From: Callorhinchus milii | Lineage: Eukaryota | Assembly: GCF_018977255.1 (NCBI RefSeq) | Contig: NW_024704742.1 | Span: forward strand, 64,172,001 to 64,236,000 | Length of the DNA stretch: 64,000 nucleotides | Direction of reading: 5' to 3' | In this document: piece by piece, positions 61,790 to 64,000 of the stretch | Position numbering within the stretch: the first letter of the stretch is position 1 | How the letters are laid out: each line of letters starts with the position of its first letter | The notes under the pieces: generated by a model | Database searches by the model: none | The model's input: only the letters and a program-made list of their open reading frames with translations | What the model was told of the DNA's origin: nothing | Position numbers and translations under genes: made by a program

Positions 61790-62683
61790 TATATTACTGT
61801 GAGCTTGGATAATGTGAACTTGGTTATTTCACTCAATGAAGTCATTGCCTGATTGACGTCATTGGCAGTGCTGGGGTTGCGCTACATTGTCAGGGCGTCA
61901 TCAGTCTGTTCAGGTGGACGTTAAATGTCATAGAATCAGAGGAATTTTCAACACAGAAGGAGGCCGTTTGGCCATTCACATCTGCACCAGCTCTTAGAGT
62001 AAGCCGTTTATTCAATCCCATTGCCCATGCTATCTCCATACCCTTTCATCCCCATACCCAATGCTCCCATGGCACTACTTGAAAAGAGAAGGGAGATTCT
62101 ATCAGTCTCCTGGCAAACAAACCCCCAGATAAAATTGGTCATTCACTTCATGCTTTTTGGGGAACATTACTGTGTGCAAATTGGCTGCTGTGTTCACCTA
62201 CAAATACACTTTCACTTTGTAATACAATTCTGGTAAGCAACTTGAGTGCCTCAATGACATGATAAGGCACTATATCCAATGCAAACATAGTTGTAAAACT
62301 TAAGAAGGAATTTTGATACATATTTTGTCTGTGATTATTTATTGGGAAAACAGTCACAATGAACAAGGTGGAATAGCAAAAAAAATCTTCTTTGATATGC
62401 TTATTGTACACATCTCTTTTGTGTCACGAAATCTGTGAACATTCAGTAGACAGGTGCTATTAAAAATAATAGAGTTCAGAAGCGGTTCTCCGTGCAGCAC
62501 ATTTTTGTGATGAGCAATGACAATGCTATGTTGATTGTTTCAAATTGTGGCATCTCAGCTCAATCATAGATTTACATAGATTTACAAAGATTATACAGCA
62601 CCGAAACAGGCCATTCGGTCCAACCAGTCTGTGCTGTGTGAAGTTTATACTGCATCTGCTCCTTATTCTCTTAATCTTATTAC

Positions 62684-64000
62684 TCCTCACTCCAATCGGG
62701 TTTCTGTGCTGCCCACAGTACAGAAACTACTCTGGTCAAGGTCACAAACAACATCCTGACCATGTGTGACCAGGGCTCCCTCTGCCTCCTCGTCCTCCTC
62801 GACCTCTCCGCCGCCTTTGACACCGTGGACCATTCAATCCTCCTCCACCACCTCTCTTCCCACCTCAACCTTCAAGGTTCTGTCCTTGACTGGTTCAGGT
62901 CCAACCTTTCACACCGCCTCCACTTTGTCGCGGCAAATGGCTTCTCCTCCAGCCCAGCACTGTCTCGTGCGGTGTTCCTCAGGGCTCTGTCCTCGGTCCC
63001 CTCCTCTTCACCCTCTACATGCTCCCTCTTGGTGACATCATCCACAGACATGGGGTAAATTTCCACATGTATGCGGATGACACCCAACTCTATCTCTCTG
63101 CCTCCACCCTGAACTCCAGGACTACTGGTGTCCTGACCGACTGCCTGTCCGACATCAAGTCCTGGACGAGGGACAACTTTCTCCAACTCAACGTCAGCGA
63201 GATCGAGGCCCTCCTGATTGGCTCGTGCCAGTGCCTCTGCACCTCAGGCGCTGGCACCATCAGCCTCCACGGCTGTACACTCAACCTCACTAACCCAGTC
63301 AGGAACCTGGGTATCTTGTTTGACCCTGAACTGTCCTTTCTCCCCCACATCCACGCCATGACCGGCATTGCCTACCACCACCTCCACAATATTGCCAGAC
63401 TCCGCCTCTGCCTCACCCCTCAGGCTCCGAAACCCTCACCCACACATTCGTCACATCAAGGCTCGATTACGGGAACTTCCTCCTCATCGGCCTTCCCAAC
63501 TCTTCCCTTCACAAGCTGCAGATCATCCGAAACTCGGCACTCATGTACTCTCACGCACCAGGCTCCGTGGCCCCATCACTCCCACCCTCGCCTGACTCCA
63601 CTGGCTCCCCATCCCCCAGAGGATTGAGCTCAAGATCCTCATCCTCACCTTTAAGGCTACCCATGGCCTTACCCCCTCCTACCTCTCTGACCTGCTGACT
63701 CCCTACCAACCTGCCCACTCCTTCCGTTCAGCGGGCTCCGGCCTGCTCCATGTCTCCCGCCTGACCCGCCCTACCATCGGTGGCCGGGCTTTCAACCTCT
63801 CTGCCCCCACACTCTGGAACTCCATCCCATGGTCCCTTCACCTCGCTTCCTCCCTTGCCTCCTTCAAGGCCAGTCTCAAGACCCTTCTCTTCAATCGTTC
63901 CTTTGGTCTCCCTCCCACCTTCGCCCCTACACCACCCTTCCCCCATGCTCGGGCCCCGACACCTGACTGTTCAGCGCTTTGGGATGTCCTCCCGACGTGA
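62684..64000 (+). mobile_element. L2 3' part (RT to tail), running off the window end
   Basis: [27 protein letters not shown] and [10 protein letters not shown] with frameshifts; the window ends inside the tail stem-loop gggatgtcctcccgacgtga. Confidence 0.96.

Overview
Repeat-dominated eukaryotic DNA, almost certainly from a cartilaginous fish. This is inferred from the repeat complement: CR1 and L2 LINEs, tRNA-headed Deu-domain SINEs and a shark-type Penelope-derived palindrome. I saw no HE1/V-SINE copy, which weakly favours a holocephalan (chimaera). The window looks like the inside of a large intron or an intergenic region. I could not identify any host protein-coding gene, rRNA, true tRNA or CRISPR array. 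The protein-like ORFs I could recognise are all broken LINE ORF2 pieces; the rest are SINE or satellite read-throughs or unrecognised short ORFs. Content: about a dozen CR1 pieces, more than a dozen L2 pieces, dozens of copies of two SINE families (here called A and B) that share the L2 3' stem-loop, two further unnamed repeat families, two probable MITEs, and several mini- and microsatellites. I found no convincing novel multi-gene system. The most interesting signals are small: a degenerate hammerhead-ribozyme-like motif (45252-45318), a cluster of A-to-G changes in one SINE resembling a fossil ADAR-edited transcript (2631-2675), a perfect 40-bp fold-back hairpin in a SINE tail (43772-43857), a ~385-bp segment duplicated 28 kb apart and joined to different SINEs, an L2 bracketed by two inverted SINE heads cut at the same base, and a SINE with a swapped 3' module. 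Element boundaries were read by eye and are approximate; family names come from remembered motifs, not database searches.
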